Assembly (NCBI RefSeq): GCF_009914755.1
Contig: NC_060932.1
Direction: 5' to 3' (one strand)
Source of the DNA: the human T2T-CHM13v2.0 reference genome, Homo sapiens
DNA length: 64,000 bases
This document shows positions 28,298-40,915 of the stretch, in pieces. The translations under genes were made by a program, and so were the position numbers. The stretch's first letter is position 1. Every line of letters starts with the position of its first letter. The notes beneath the pieces are model-generated. The model searched no databases and had not been told where the DNA came from. It saw nothing but the letters and a program-made list of their open reading frames with translations.

Positions 28298-29548
28298 GAA
28301 CAGCATTTGAGAACATTTATTTACTTTTTTTAAAAAAGATGCCATTTTGAGGATGAATACACTTGATCAGGGATTTAGAAGTTTTCAGACATGTAAAAAT
28401 GGCTAAACTGAATGTAACAAATCTAGTAAGAAATGCTAATGAAATCTGAGATGTCAGAGGAGACATCAATTAAACTTAAAAACCAAAATGAAATTTTCAA
28501 AGGCAGAAACAGATGGAGAATATGAAAGAAAGGAAGAAAGTCAGGAAGTGGAAAGAATGAAACAACACAGGACTAATTAAACAGAAGAACAGGAAGCAGA
28601 TAATTAACGAACTGAAACAAGGCAAGGCATGTGTTATATCAGGATATGCTATGTAGACATAGACATCATTCTTAGGCCCAGCTGGCTTCTGATTCCAGCT
28701 GAGACAAATTTACCTTCACTTTTAAAGACGGTGTTTTGCAACCCATTTAATCTTTTCAATGACCGCCAAGTCACAGGAACAGTCTCAGCTTAAGGGTCCT
28801 GTTTATACAACGAGATGCTGTTCCCTTGAAGACAGGTCCATTATTATGGTATAAAAAATATAGAGAAGAATGAGATTGTGTTTGCAATGAAATATAAAAT
28901 AAGAAAGTTAATATACACGAATATATTTTATTTAAGATCTGCTTGTTGGCATGTTATGCCTGTAGCATTTACTACCTCGCAACACTGCTAGAGGTATGTG
29001 GATAGCTCCAGGCATATCACCAAATCAGAATGCGAAATCACTGCTCTGAATTTCTAATAATGTCACGACTGCACCCCTTTCTTCTTCCTCTAAAATCTAT
29101 GACGCTAGCTGTTTAATAATAATGCAGATATACTTTACCCAAACTAAATTCCTGGAAAAGGTCAGTGTTCACACCTAGAATTTTCATGGCTTATGGTGTA
29201 TAGCACAGAAAATATGAAAATTAATAGAAATGATTACAAAAAATGATATTGCCAAGATATATCTTGATGGAAAGAATACACAGAGTTCACATTAAAATAA
29301 AAGTATATGTTTACTCATTCACCCAACAAATACCTACATGGCACCTATTAGGTGTGACATATATCATAGAAATGGTAGATAGACCTAGAGGACAGTCAAA
29401 ACACAGAACCTTTCCTCAGACAGTATAGTGTCTTGTGCTATGAAGTATTTTCCATATATGCTTTATCTCCCCACCAAGTTCACTTTACACCCCCTGCACT
29501 CTCCAGTGAATACATGCTGGCTTATCTAGATGGAAATTTGATGGAGGC

Positions 29549-29913
29549 TATTATCTGTCAGAATAGGCTAGGTTCTGCTGCAGTAATGAACAACCCCCAC
29601 ATCTGTACGACTTAACACAAGTTTACTTCCTGCTGACACTACATGTCCAGTATAGAGGCTCAATTTATCATAGTCACTTGAGGACTTAGACTGCCAGAGG
29701 CTCATCCTAACATGGGCTTCCATAATGAACACAAATAGAGAAAGGGGGTACTTGGTCTCAAATTGGTAATTGACTGCTCCAGCCTGAGTGTGACACACAT
29801 CATATCTCATTTGCCAGAACCACCCAACCAGACTGAACAGAAAGTTCAGTCTTCTACAGGCACAGAGGGAGAGAAGGAGCAAATATTGTTACCTAGAGCT
29901 AATGATTACAACA
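29549..29913 (-). mobile_element. MLT1I-like LTR
   Basis: TCAGAATAGGCTAGGTTCTGCTGCAGTAATGAACAACCCC..GACTTAACAC..GTGACACACATCA..CTAATGATTACAACA. Confidence 0.7.
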
Positions 29914-30601
29914 GTGACTTACTGTAAAGAATAAGAGGAAGTGAAAAAATTGTGGCAAGGACAATTAACCTGACCTATTTCCAGCTCCAAGACTTATTAG
30001 CCACATGTCCACAACGTCATGTAACCTCCTCAAGCCAAAGTTACATGGTAATAATACCTCTCCTGCCTATCTCAGAGAGTGGATCTGCAGCTTCAGTGAA
30101 GCAGATATTATTCAATACTGTTTTACATTTCTAGAACATATGTAGGCTTTCAGAATAGTTTCATATGTCTATGTGTTCAAGGAGAACACAGTCAGCCAGG
30201 GCTAGAGAAAAAATGTGGAAAACTGGAGGCTGCTAAAAAGTCAGTGTGGATAAAGCACAAATAATTTATAAATCTTGGCCATAGACTCCAAGATTACCAA
30301 GTTGAAGGCCAAGAGCTTCAAGGATCTCTTCCCTTGAGTAATGAAAAAAATTAAAGATGCTCACTTCCCCAACTTCTTAGTCCTCAAGAGAATCAACAGA
30401 GTTGTCAGGGGTAGCCAACATCTACAGAAGACTGTCCTTAATATGGCTTCATGGTCCTCTATGCCGGCACAACAAAGTGCCCTTTTATGCCATCTTTAAC
30501 CACATGCCTCTTCTCTTCCCACATCAGAGTAGACAGTGATCTGTACGGTCCCCCCACATACATGAAGATGTTGATCTGCTCCCCAGGATACACGCCCCTG
30601 A

Positions 30602-30918
<317 letters not shown>

Positions 30919-31066
30919 ATGCACTTGTTCTTGAATCTCCTCTTCCATCTTTTCTTTCCACATCAGTTGTTCTCAAATGTGATTAGAACCATGCCTAGGA
31001 CATAGAGACATGGGTTCCTTTCTGTGAAGCCATTCTTGATTCTTTTAATCAAAATCAGTTGTTCCT

Positions 31067-31359
31067 GCCAGGCGCAGTGGCTCACGCCTGTAATCCCAGC
31101 ACTTTGGAAGGCTGAGACAGGCAGATTACCTGAGGTCAGGAGTTCAAGGCCAGCCCGGTTACCATATTGAAACACCGTCTCTACTAAAAATACAAAAATT
31201 AGCTGGGCGTGGTGGCAGGTGCCTGTAGTCCCAGCTTCTCAGGAAGCTGAGGTAGAAGAATCGCTTGAACCCAGGAGGCAGAGATTGCAGTGAGCTGAGA
31301 TTGCACCACTGCACTCCAGCCTGGGCGACAGAGGGAAACTCTGTCTTAAATAAATAAAT
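31067..31359 (+). mobile_element. AluSx
   Basis: Full Alu with (TAAA)n tail; TSD AATCA(G/A)TTGTTCCT. Confidence 0.94.
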
Positions 31360-31854
31360 AATCAATTGTTCCTTCATCTATGATCAGAATACAATTATTT
31401 TACCTTATATTTATATGTATTTAGTTCTTGCTTGGATTAGAGTTGTTGACATTCTGGTCTCCTCTAGTACATTACAGGGTGTAAGAGGACAGAGGATCTG
31501 GGTACTCACCTCGTTGTCCAGCAATGCCTGGCATGGTGGTCTGTGTGGAACAGCCACCCGGTAGATGTGGAATGGGGGGAATGCCTCTCTAGTCACTTTT
31601 TTCTGTCATTTCCATTTTCTCTTGTCTTCATATGGCCCCTGACTAGGACTGGGTGTTTGCAAGCCAATCTAGCATGAGCTGTTCTATTCAGTGTGAACCT
31701 TCCCTTTACCTATTCTCTCTTCATCCAAGCTTTAGAAACTGTCAGTTTTATATCCCAATGTCTTGTTTTATTCTCTCAATGTCTTGCTTTCCACAAAACT
31801 AGATGTTCATAACAATTGCCTGGGAAGCCTTCTAAAATATATATAAACTCGGAT

Positions 31855-32017
31855 AGATTTTATTTGTTCTTACCACAGGAAATAAGTCTGTGATGTAATA
31901 CATATGTTAATTAGCTTGATTTAGCCATTCCACAATGTGTATATATTTCAAAACATCATACTGTATACCACATATATATACAAATTTTGTCAACTAAAAA
32001 ATAAATAATTAAAAAAA
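31855..32017 (+). mobile_element. L1MA 3' terminal fragment
   Basis: ATATGTTAATTAGCTTGATTTAGCCATTCCACAATGTGTATATATTTCAAAACATCAT plus A-rich tail. Confidence 0.85.
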
Positions 32018-32212
32018 TTTTTAAAATGTCTCATCTCCAAGAGACCTGTTACATCATTTTGTGGATGTGGCCTGGCAATCTCTCCAGCTTGGACATCAGC
32101 CCTCTGAGTGGCATTTGGAAAGCACCTTCACCATATGTGACCACATATGATGATTGGTTAGTCCCGTAGACTGCAAGTATATTAGCAGAGACTTCTATTG
32201 TTTACTGCCGAG

Positions 32213-32704
<492 letters not shown>

Positions 32705-34193
32705 TTAGTGTATTTATTAGGAGACTATTTTAAAACTGTATCTTCCAGGGACTCTATTATAACAGAGAGAAGCAATCTTTTAGGTTCAATATATAAATAG
32801 AAATTTGAACTTGTAACATCTTTTTATTATTAAAACCAATCAATTCATAAGATCAGTGAGACTGTTTTGATGAATACGAAATTTGAAATCATGGGTTATG
32901 TTAGACAAATGCATATTATTAGCATTACTAGTTTATTTCTGCATGTTGTTTCCCTGATGAATGTCCTAATTCACATAGACAAAAAAAAATCATTTACAAT
33001 TATTTGCCAGCCTGTCTTACAATCTTAGGTTAGGTGTTAATGAAATAGAAATGACAGGAAAATCTTTTTTCTAATAACTGTGTAAAAGTCAGGGCAAGTT
33101 AAAGCACTAATAGTCTCCAGTGGATACAAACCTGGAATATATTGAAGAGCACATTTTCATTACATTTTTCAATGAATAAAAATGTAAAATTAAATTCAAA
33201 GCAAACATCTGTTGAACTCCTCAGCCACCGCTATAATTTTGAAGAAAACATCTTGAAACCACACCTTGATCCTAATAAGTAGATTTTGCAGGCTTTTGCA
33301 GCACTGAATTATGGCCTATGCAGAGAACGATTTTGAAAATGGGAGGAATGGCTAAGTGTAGCAAGGTTCTCTCAAACGATAAAATGAGAATAGTACCTTT
33401 GCCCAATTCTCTATGGCAGGCCAAGTACCTAGGCTTAGCTTCCAGGAAATTTCAGGATAAGGATTTCTCCCCCCTTATGGAAGTTCACGCCAAAACAATA
33501 CATTTGCCAGAAAAAGCCACTAATGTGACAAGCACTATAAATAACTATGCAGAGCAAAGAATGTCTGTGTGTGTGAGGCAGAGATATTAGACACATCAAG
33601 GTAACCATTTTTTATGTTCAATGGTTGATTCTGCTTCAGTATTAAAGAGCTTGGTGGCTTTTAATGATGAAAAAATTATGCGAACATTAAAAAACAATTT
33701 TATATAATTATTTGGAGTTCACAAACAGCAATTTAAAATAAATCCATTAATGCCGTCTGTAGGGCTTTCTTGCAAGTGAAAGGAAATGTATCATGCACTG
33801 CAGTTTGGTGTAATACTAGAAAATGAGCTCTCCTACCAGTAGTGCATTATGAAGAGAAATTAAGAAACTTAAGTGATTATTTCTGGGGCTGGGAATCGGT
33901 CTTTAATAGGGCAGGTCCTTTAATGGAAAGGCATTAGAGTCATCCATTCACTTAACAAACATTCACGAAGAGTTGAACAGTGCTCAGGGATCCCTTTTCA
34001 CGGGTAAGAGCACTTCTAAGGTTCATCCCGCCAAGCCCTTCTGACCCTCTAGAAAACTTCAAATGAGGCTGAAATGCATCCTGAAAGCATAAAGAATCCA
34101 CAGATAGGTGGCCACTTGTTTCAGGATTACGCTGCCTTTCATCCTTTCTAAGGAAATTGAGAAAGTGTTTTGAGGCTAAACCTTGGTGAGAAA

Positions 34194-34214
34194 CCAAGCG
34201 CCACCTGGAGTCAG
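34194..34214 (-). promoter_or_regulatory. Candidate CTCF motif
   Basis: Minus strand GACTCCAGGTGGCGCT, close to consensus GCCACCAGGGGGCGCT, with CpG retained. Confidence 0.5.
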
Positions 34215-35051
34215 GAGAAGGGATTACAACTCTGCCTCCATCTCCCTCCTTGGGCTCTTCCTCCATCTCGCATTTTCTCTGTCAATCCTCTGTTAGAACC
34301 ACCACCTCTTTTTCTGCCCAGGCGAAATCCAGTTAAAATAAACACTCAAAGCAGAACTAAAAGAAAAATTAATCCCATCACAAAACGGTTGCAGAGGTGA
34401 TTTTGTAGAGTCTGAGGGGCACAACAACACTCATTTTACAAATCAGCCATATTGAGTAGGGGTCATACCTCAAACCTGCTTATTTAACCTCTTTTTGGGG
34501 TATCTCAAAGGCTAAATTTTGTAATAGTTTTGTAGATTAACCGCCCCCTAGTAATAGCCTGTGTCACATGACTTCCTTGCCCTATTCCTATTTCCTGCTT
34601 TGTTTAAATCAGGAATCCCCTATTCCCTTACTCTTCCCTCTTTTCCTGTCAGCATATTATGAAATTCATATTCACTATCACCTATATCCTGAAACCACAG
34701 TTGAGTGGGAAGAAAAGGCCAACACCTACAAACCACTTTTGCACTACTTTCTTCAGCCCACAGCAACACATCCAACTCCTCTCTGTGACTTCCTCTCCTA
34801 GACCAGGCATCATAAAGAAGCCCGGAGAAAAACAACACAGTAATAATGGATAGATTCTCTTTAATAAATACATAAAGTGCAAGGTCCATCTAATCCTCAA
34901 AACAAGCCAATAAGGGCCTGCCACAAGTCAAGGAGACCCAGCTGTCAATCATTCTCTCACAGATGGTGAGACAGTCTGGGGTATGTGTCTTTGACTTGCT
35001 ATTTCTAAAAGGTTGGGGGTGACCTGGCAAAACTCAATGCTTAGCAGAGGA

Positions 35052-35646
35052 TGTAGTGGGTTGAGAAGTGGCCCCCAAAAGTTATGCCCATGTCTTAATC
35101 CCTGTAGCCTGCAAGTGTGCCTTTACTTAGAAAAAGTGTCTTTGCTGATACAATGAAGTCAAAGACCTTCAGATGATGAGACCATCCCGGATTGTCCTGG
35201 TGGGCCCCAAATCCAATGACAAGTGTCTCTATGGGAGAAAGACATAGAGAGGTTTGAGACAGACTAAGGAAGAGAAAACACAAACATATAGAAGAGAAGA
35301 CAAAGTGAAGACAGAGCAGAGACACATGGCCATAAGCCAAGGAAGGCCAACAGCTGCTGGAACTAGAAGAGGCAAGGGACAGATTCTCCCCTAGAGCCTC
35401 CAGAGACAGCATAGCCCTAGAAGGTCCAGCCACAAGCACAGCAGGCCTGGCTGTTAATCATTCTCTTACAGCTGGTGTGACTGGGGGATGTGGCTTTGAC
35501 TTGCTATTTCTAAAAGTTTTAGGATGATCTGGCCAGACATTGACTTTGGACTTCTGGCCTCCAGAACTGTGAGGTAATTCATTTCTGTTGCTTTAAGCTA
35601 CCCAATTTGTGATAACTTGATAAGGTAGGCACAGAAAACTTATACA
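35052..35646 (+). mobile_element. MLT1C LTR containing a non-LTR insert
   Basis: TGTAGTGGGTTGA..GGCCCCCAAAAG; CCCAAATCCAATGACAAGTGTC; GATTCTCCCCTAGAGCCTCCAGAG; GGACTTCTGGCCTCCAGAACTGTGAG..TATACA. Confidence 0.88.
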
Positions 35647-35849
35647 AAGGCATACATGTGCTTCCTCTTTCTGTTTCTGGTTCCAACTTCTTCTGTATCT
35701 GGCACTAGTTGGAATAAGATGGCATCACGATGGAATCTGAGATTGGGTTTTCGTAAGCAAGAGCACAGGCTCAGTAAGTCTCAGGGCTGACTTTGTTCTG
35801 CTGTTATTCAGACTTAACTCACATTGGGAATTGGTGCTGCTGGCTTCTT

Positions 35850-36305
35850 TAGTATCTATTGTCTCCTTTCTTATGGGCAGAGCTCTTTTTTTTTTTTTTT
35901 TTCAGGGCAGTATCATGGAAACTACACATCCCAGGCTCCTTTGCAACTAGCCATATGATTAAGTTCTGGTCTGAGAGACTGAAGTGAAGTTGTTAGGTTG
36001 GCTTCTATGAAAACCGTTTGGAAAGCAGGCAGACTCTTCTGAAAGTCACCTTTGGCTCTTGGGTCTCACCCCTCTCTTCTGACTTGACATGCAAATATGA
36101 TGAGTCGAACTGAAACCATGGGAATGTAAAAGCCACATGCTAAGGAAGGCAGAGGAGAAAGACAGAAGGAGCCTGTGACACTGAAGATACTGTACATTTG
36201 TGAGTCAGTCACGCACTACATACTCTGGGCTTCATATCTCGTAAGACGTTTAAGCCACTGTTTAATTGGGTTTTCTGTAACTATACCCGATGTAATTCTA
36301 ATATG
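35850..36305 (+). mobile_element. MLT1J-like LTR
   Basis: ACTACACATCCCAGGCTCCTTTGCAACTAG..AAGTTCTGG; GCCACATGCTAAGGA..GAAAGACAGAAGGAGCCTG; TTTAAGCCACTG. Confidence 0.7.
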
Positions 36306-37539
36306 TCCACCAGCTTAGAAAAGCAGAATGCTTTTTGTGAATTCACTTAATTACTAGAACTCTCCACATCAGGATTTGTGGGGAAGCCACAACCAAAAGT
36401 GATGCATTACTATGCCTCCCATTTTCTAGTTGCTAAAATATCTTCCTCAGGCCCCAGAACAGAATTTGGATATTCCTTGGTGCCCTGGACATAATATCAT
36501 CCATTATCATCCCAGTCTGATTATCATCCCTACAATGAACCTTTTAGTAAAAGTTAGCTCTCTTGCTTATTGCTCTAGTCTCTAACAGAACTTAGTACCC
36601 ATACCTGCAGTCACATTCATTGTCTCGGTTAATTGCTAACAGAACACTGGTCCCTATACACTAGCAGTATGGATCAGGAGGCACTGACATGAAAGAGACC
36701 AGGCTCCAGCTTTGAAGGTCAGCAGCCTGTTTTTCCTAAACTCCTAACTCCTTATCTACTTTTGGTTATATCTACCTGCTAACCAATGGTTTTGCATTGT
36801 TATCTTTAGTTTTTGATATCTTATTTATGAAACCTAATAACTTAATCACTTTCCTATGCTTGAGTACTTAAGAGCTTAGAACTCCTACCTGGCTCTGGTC
36901 CCTAGTAAGTAAAACATCTCATGAATTCTAATTTGGGTAAAACTATGAGCCATTTTGAAGGAGCCCATTCCCTTCTGACAGTCTCTGTCTTGCAAGTATT
37001 GGTGCTAATTCCCAATTTTCCACGGGGAGAAGGGAAACTGGGATAGATTGATCTTCCTACTATGTCAACAGTGTTTATGAGAACTAGAAAAAGTTACACA
37101 ACCTTTTAGTCTGAGTTTATCAAACCATAAATGGATTAAAAAAAGTACCTGGTAAATGACTTGAGGCATGAAGAGTCATGTGTATTTGATACCATGACCA
37201 GCGTTGGCTGACAGGCACTAGAGTCACATTCCACTGTTAGTTTTCTAGGCTGACACTATTTACAAAATAATCAGCCACAGCCAATTTAGAACATGTTAGC
37301 TTTTAACTTAGCCTCAAACATAATGGCTTCTCATACTAGATGATTACATTGGTGTGGTGGAAAGTGTGACTGGCTGGGTGATGGAGAAGTCCACAGCTGA
37401 TCAGGAACCTTCAACCACTGGATCACTGGCACATACTGTCTGCCATCATGAAGCTGTCTGGCAGTAGTACTGTCACTCATGGGAGGGTATGGTGGTCATA
37501 AATAAACAGGTTATGCACCCTTCCAAATTAGTAGAGTGA

Positions 37540-37930
37540 AAATCTATTTTCCATGGCTTAGAGACCAAACTTTGGAACATAAGACATTCTGTGTCTTACA
37601 TAATCAGTCTAGCTACAACCAACTTCATTTTTCCCGGTCTTGGCTTATGTCACTGCATTCCATGAATTCTACAACGCAGTCACACTGAGCACCTCATTGA
37701 TACCTTGTGCCTTCCCATCTTTCCAGTTCTGCTTGTACAATTTCCTCCACCTAGAAAGTCTCCCCGACTTGTTTAAATATTACTCATTTTATTCAAAGCT
37801 CAGGTGAAATGACACATCCTCCTCTGCGTTAGAGTGATCTCTCCCTCCTCTGAACTTTACCATGTATTAAATTATAATCACCTGTATATATGTCCCATAT
37901 TAATTACTAGATTAGAAACTCCTTGTAAGT
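37540..37930 (+). mobile_element. L2
   Basis: TTCCTCCACCTAGAA..TTCAAAGCTCAG..AAATGACACATCCTC..ACTAGATT. Confidence 0.5.
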
Positions 37931-37954
37931 TTAACACGACAATATCTACCACAA

Positions 37955-38120
37955 AGCCCAATTGAGGGTTTATGATGTACCGAGCCTGATACCAAGCATG
38001 GTATGACCTCATCTCACTCCCTATTATTCTTATTTTGTACATGGAAAAAACCCCTGAGGCTCAGAAAGGCTAGGTAATTTGTTCAAGATCTCAGACTTAA
38101 TTGGGATTCAAATGCTGAAC
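37955..38120 (-). mobile_element. MIR
   Basis: TATTATT..ATTTTGTACATGG..CTGAGGCTCAGAAAGGCTAGGTAATTTGTTCAAG..GGGATTCAAA. Confidence 0.65.
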
Positions 38121-38221
38121 TACGATATCAATAATAATTAAAGTTAATTGTATATTAGCTGTAGTATAGAGACCTAGACCCCAAAACAAGTGAAAAACAA
38201 CCTAAACTTATGAAAGTAGTA

Positions 38222-38450
38222 CAACTGATCCTTGAGTCAAACTGCTCCATTTATATGCAGATTTGTTTTCAACCCAACACAGGTGAAAAACACAGTATTT
38301 GAGGGATGTGAAACCTGTGGCTATGAAGAGTGATGCCGACTTTTTCTATACATGGGTTCTGCACAGATGACTGCAAGGCTTGAGTATGTATGGGTTTTAG
38401 TACACACAGGGCTCCTGGAACCAATCCCCAGTACCCTGAGGGAGGGTGGT
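38222..38450 (-). mobile_element. MER8 (TcMar-Tigger MITE)
   Basis: AAACACAGTATTTGAGGGATGTGAAACC..CCGACTTTT..CTTGAGTATG..TCCTGGAACCAATCCCC. Confidence 0.8.
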
Positions 38451-38533
38451 ACTCTTTAAGGCCAGATATTATTTGTTTCAAAGGGAAGGTGATGACTGTT
38501 TGGTTGAGCAAACCCCTAGATAGTATAATCTCC

Positions 38534-38700
38534 TTTTTTTTTTTTTTTTTTTTTGAGACAGGGTCTCGCTCTGTCAACCATGCTGGGGTGCAGTGGTGCC
38601 ATCATAGCTCACTGCAGCCTTGAACTCCTGGGATCAAGGGATCTTCCTGCCTCAGCCTCATGAGTAGCTGGGACTACAGGTGTGAGCCACTGTGCCGGGC
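38534..38700 (-). mobile_element. FRAM / free Alu right monomer
   Basis: Single right-arm monomer with T-tail, ATCATAGCTCACTGCAGCCTTGAACTCC, ending GTGAGCCACTGTGCCGGGC. Confidence 0.85.
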
Positions 38701-38715
38701 TCCCTTTTCTTAAAG

Positions 38716-38943
38716 GTGGGAATTGAACGATGAGAACACTTGGACACAGGATGGGGAACATCATACACCAGGGCCTGTCGTGGGGTCGGGGGAGGGATAG
38801 CATTAGGAGATATACCTAATGTAAATGACAAGTTAATGGGTGCAGCACATCAACATGGCACATGTATACATATGTAACACAACTGCACGTTGTGCACATG
38901 TACCCTAGAGCTTAAAGTATAAGAAAAAAATAGAGAAAAAAAA
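38716..38943 (+). mobile_element. L1PA (PA4-6-like) 3'UTR fragment
   Basis: GGGAATTGAAC..GATAGCATTAGGAGATATACCTAATGTAAATGAC..GTGCACATGTACCCTAG plus A-tail. Confidence 0.92.
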
Positions 38944-40491
38944 GTAATGAGTCAAAAGACTAAAGCAGCCTTTTCTCACAAGTTTCTTTTTTGTTTTGTT
39001 TCTTTTTTGGTCATCTAGGAAGTGACCATTTTCACAACTAATAATAAGCCTTAAGTTGTTAATGTCATTTCAAATTACCCATGATTTCTCCATGTCTGAG
39101 AAGATAAAGACACCTTCGTGTCATTTTACAGTCTCACCTCCATGTCACTTGCATAACTGCTGCTTCTTTGTATTAATTTTTCTTAGTTTGAGCAGCAGAG
39201 GGGGTGCTTATTTCCATTATCATCAAATATGGGCAGTTTTGGGCACACAGCAAGAGCTGAATCAACATGCACTGTCTTTTATTTTCAACCGAATTCCCAT
39301 GAGCAGTCAAAAGGGTAGGCGGAGTATGACAGAGGTGGAGATATGAAAAGGATGAATGCGTTTTCTCAACACTCATTTTATCCTTTAACTTTGAACATAA
39401 TTCCAGGCCTAGGCAACACTAAAAATGGAACTTTAATGTTACAACATGATTGAGAGTCTGGTATCATACTGAATGTGATGGGTCAAATTTCTCACAAAAT
39501 TTGCTCTATAATAACATTTCATATTCTTAATAACACTCTAGTCTAAATATTGACAGTCATTTGCCACTTGGGAGGCAAGAGGATGATAAAAAATATACCA
39601 AGAATATTAGCCTTCTTCCCTTAAGGTTCAGTAATTGCCTGGTAAAAGAAATGTATCACTTTCTTGGGTGATCCTGAGTTGATCATTCTGAAGAGGCAAA
39701 AAGATCATGTGTCTAGTCAAATGTGTGTCTGTGTGTGTGTTTATATCCCATAAGTGCCAAATAATTACATTAAAGCCTTAAAAGTTCTTATGTGAATGGA
39801 TGTGGCCAACTCTCCAAAATTTAATATTATTTAACTTTCAAGGTCTGACTCACAGCCAAAAGAGTTGCCACATCTAAGTTGATTAAACTCACAGGCCAGA
39901 CAAGGTACAGGTGGGCCAGGAAACTGGGGCGGGCCTGACTGGCTGGCAGCAGAAATGCAACAAAATAGCTTGAGGGTTTCATAAACCACTTCCCCGAGAA
40001 ACAGAAATTATATGTGTCTTCATGAAACAGGCTTTGACTCTGTGGGCAGGAATGAACACATCCACACATGTTCTGTTTCTGAAATGGTTCTACTTCTGAA
40101 GTGTAGATGTATATGATTTGCTAAAATCCTGGACACTACTTCCCTAAAACTCAAAATGTAGCATCACACACATAATACCCCTTGCTTCATTCCTTTTGTA
40201 TGGTGGAGTCTAGATTATGATTAGTTTATTATTTTTCAATGAAAATTTTACATCATTAAGAGCTTTAAGTTGTCTCAACATTTACACATAATTTAAGTGT
40301 TTATTTGATTTTTGTCCTTCACATGTGTCCTAAATATCCAACACTGACTATTGTCTTAGATTATAAATGTTGATGGAAGGGTGATGTCTGTGTAATAAAG
40401 CATGATTGTACTCTAAAGCATAACATTGTAATTGTTAACGTACAACAGATTTTAATAATAGTAAAGAATATTGCTATTGCTATTTAAATAC

Positions 40492-40574
40492 AATATTGAG
40501 GGTGAGAGTTATCTGTGCACACTTTTGATATTTAAAGATGATAATATTGAGGGTGAAAGTTATCTGTGCACACT
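40492..40574. repeat. 32-bp direct repeat, 51 bp apart (31/32 identical)
   Basis: AATATTGAGGGTGA(G/A)AGTTATCTGTGCACACT at 40492 and 40543. Confidence 0.92.
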
Positions 40575-40696
40575 AGAGTAGTTCAGACTCACATACACTC
40601 TCTTTCCTTTTTGTACCCCCTCACTTTAATGGAAAAGCCACTTTTCCAAATGTGTGCTAGGCTAATACTTTAGAATCATCAGTAATCTTTTAAAAC

Positions 40697-40915
40697 AGTT
40701 GTTCTCAAATTTACTTTACAAAAAAATCTCTGAGAAGCTTGGTGATCAACCCCCCCACCACACACACACACATACACACAAACACGCACACATGCATGCA
40801 CACACACACACACAAATACACACACAATCTGCCTAAGTAGGCTCAGTGTAGGGTCCAGGAACCTTCACTGACAAGCATCTCAAGTGATTCTGATACAGAT
40901 CACACTCTGAGAAAC
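40697..40915. mobile_element. MER5-family MITE with internal (CA)n
   Basis: CAGTTGTTCTCAAA start; CAAGTGATTCTGAT..CACACTCTGAGAAACA end. Confidence 0.6.
40757..40826. repeat. Imperfect (CA)n microsatellite
   Basis: Direct reading. Confidence 0.9.

Noticed and set aside
28938-28965. p53/p63-like CTTG..CATG pair
   Set aside because: Core spacing is 4 nt rather than 6 and the flanks mismatch.
40492-40574. Repeat-spacer-repeat resembling a CRISPR unit
   Set aside because: Only two copies, 19-bp spacer, primate DNA, no cas genes.
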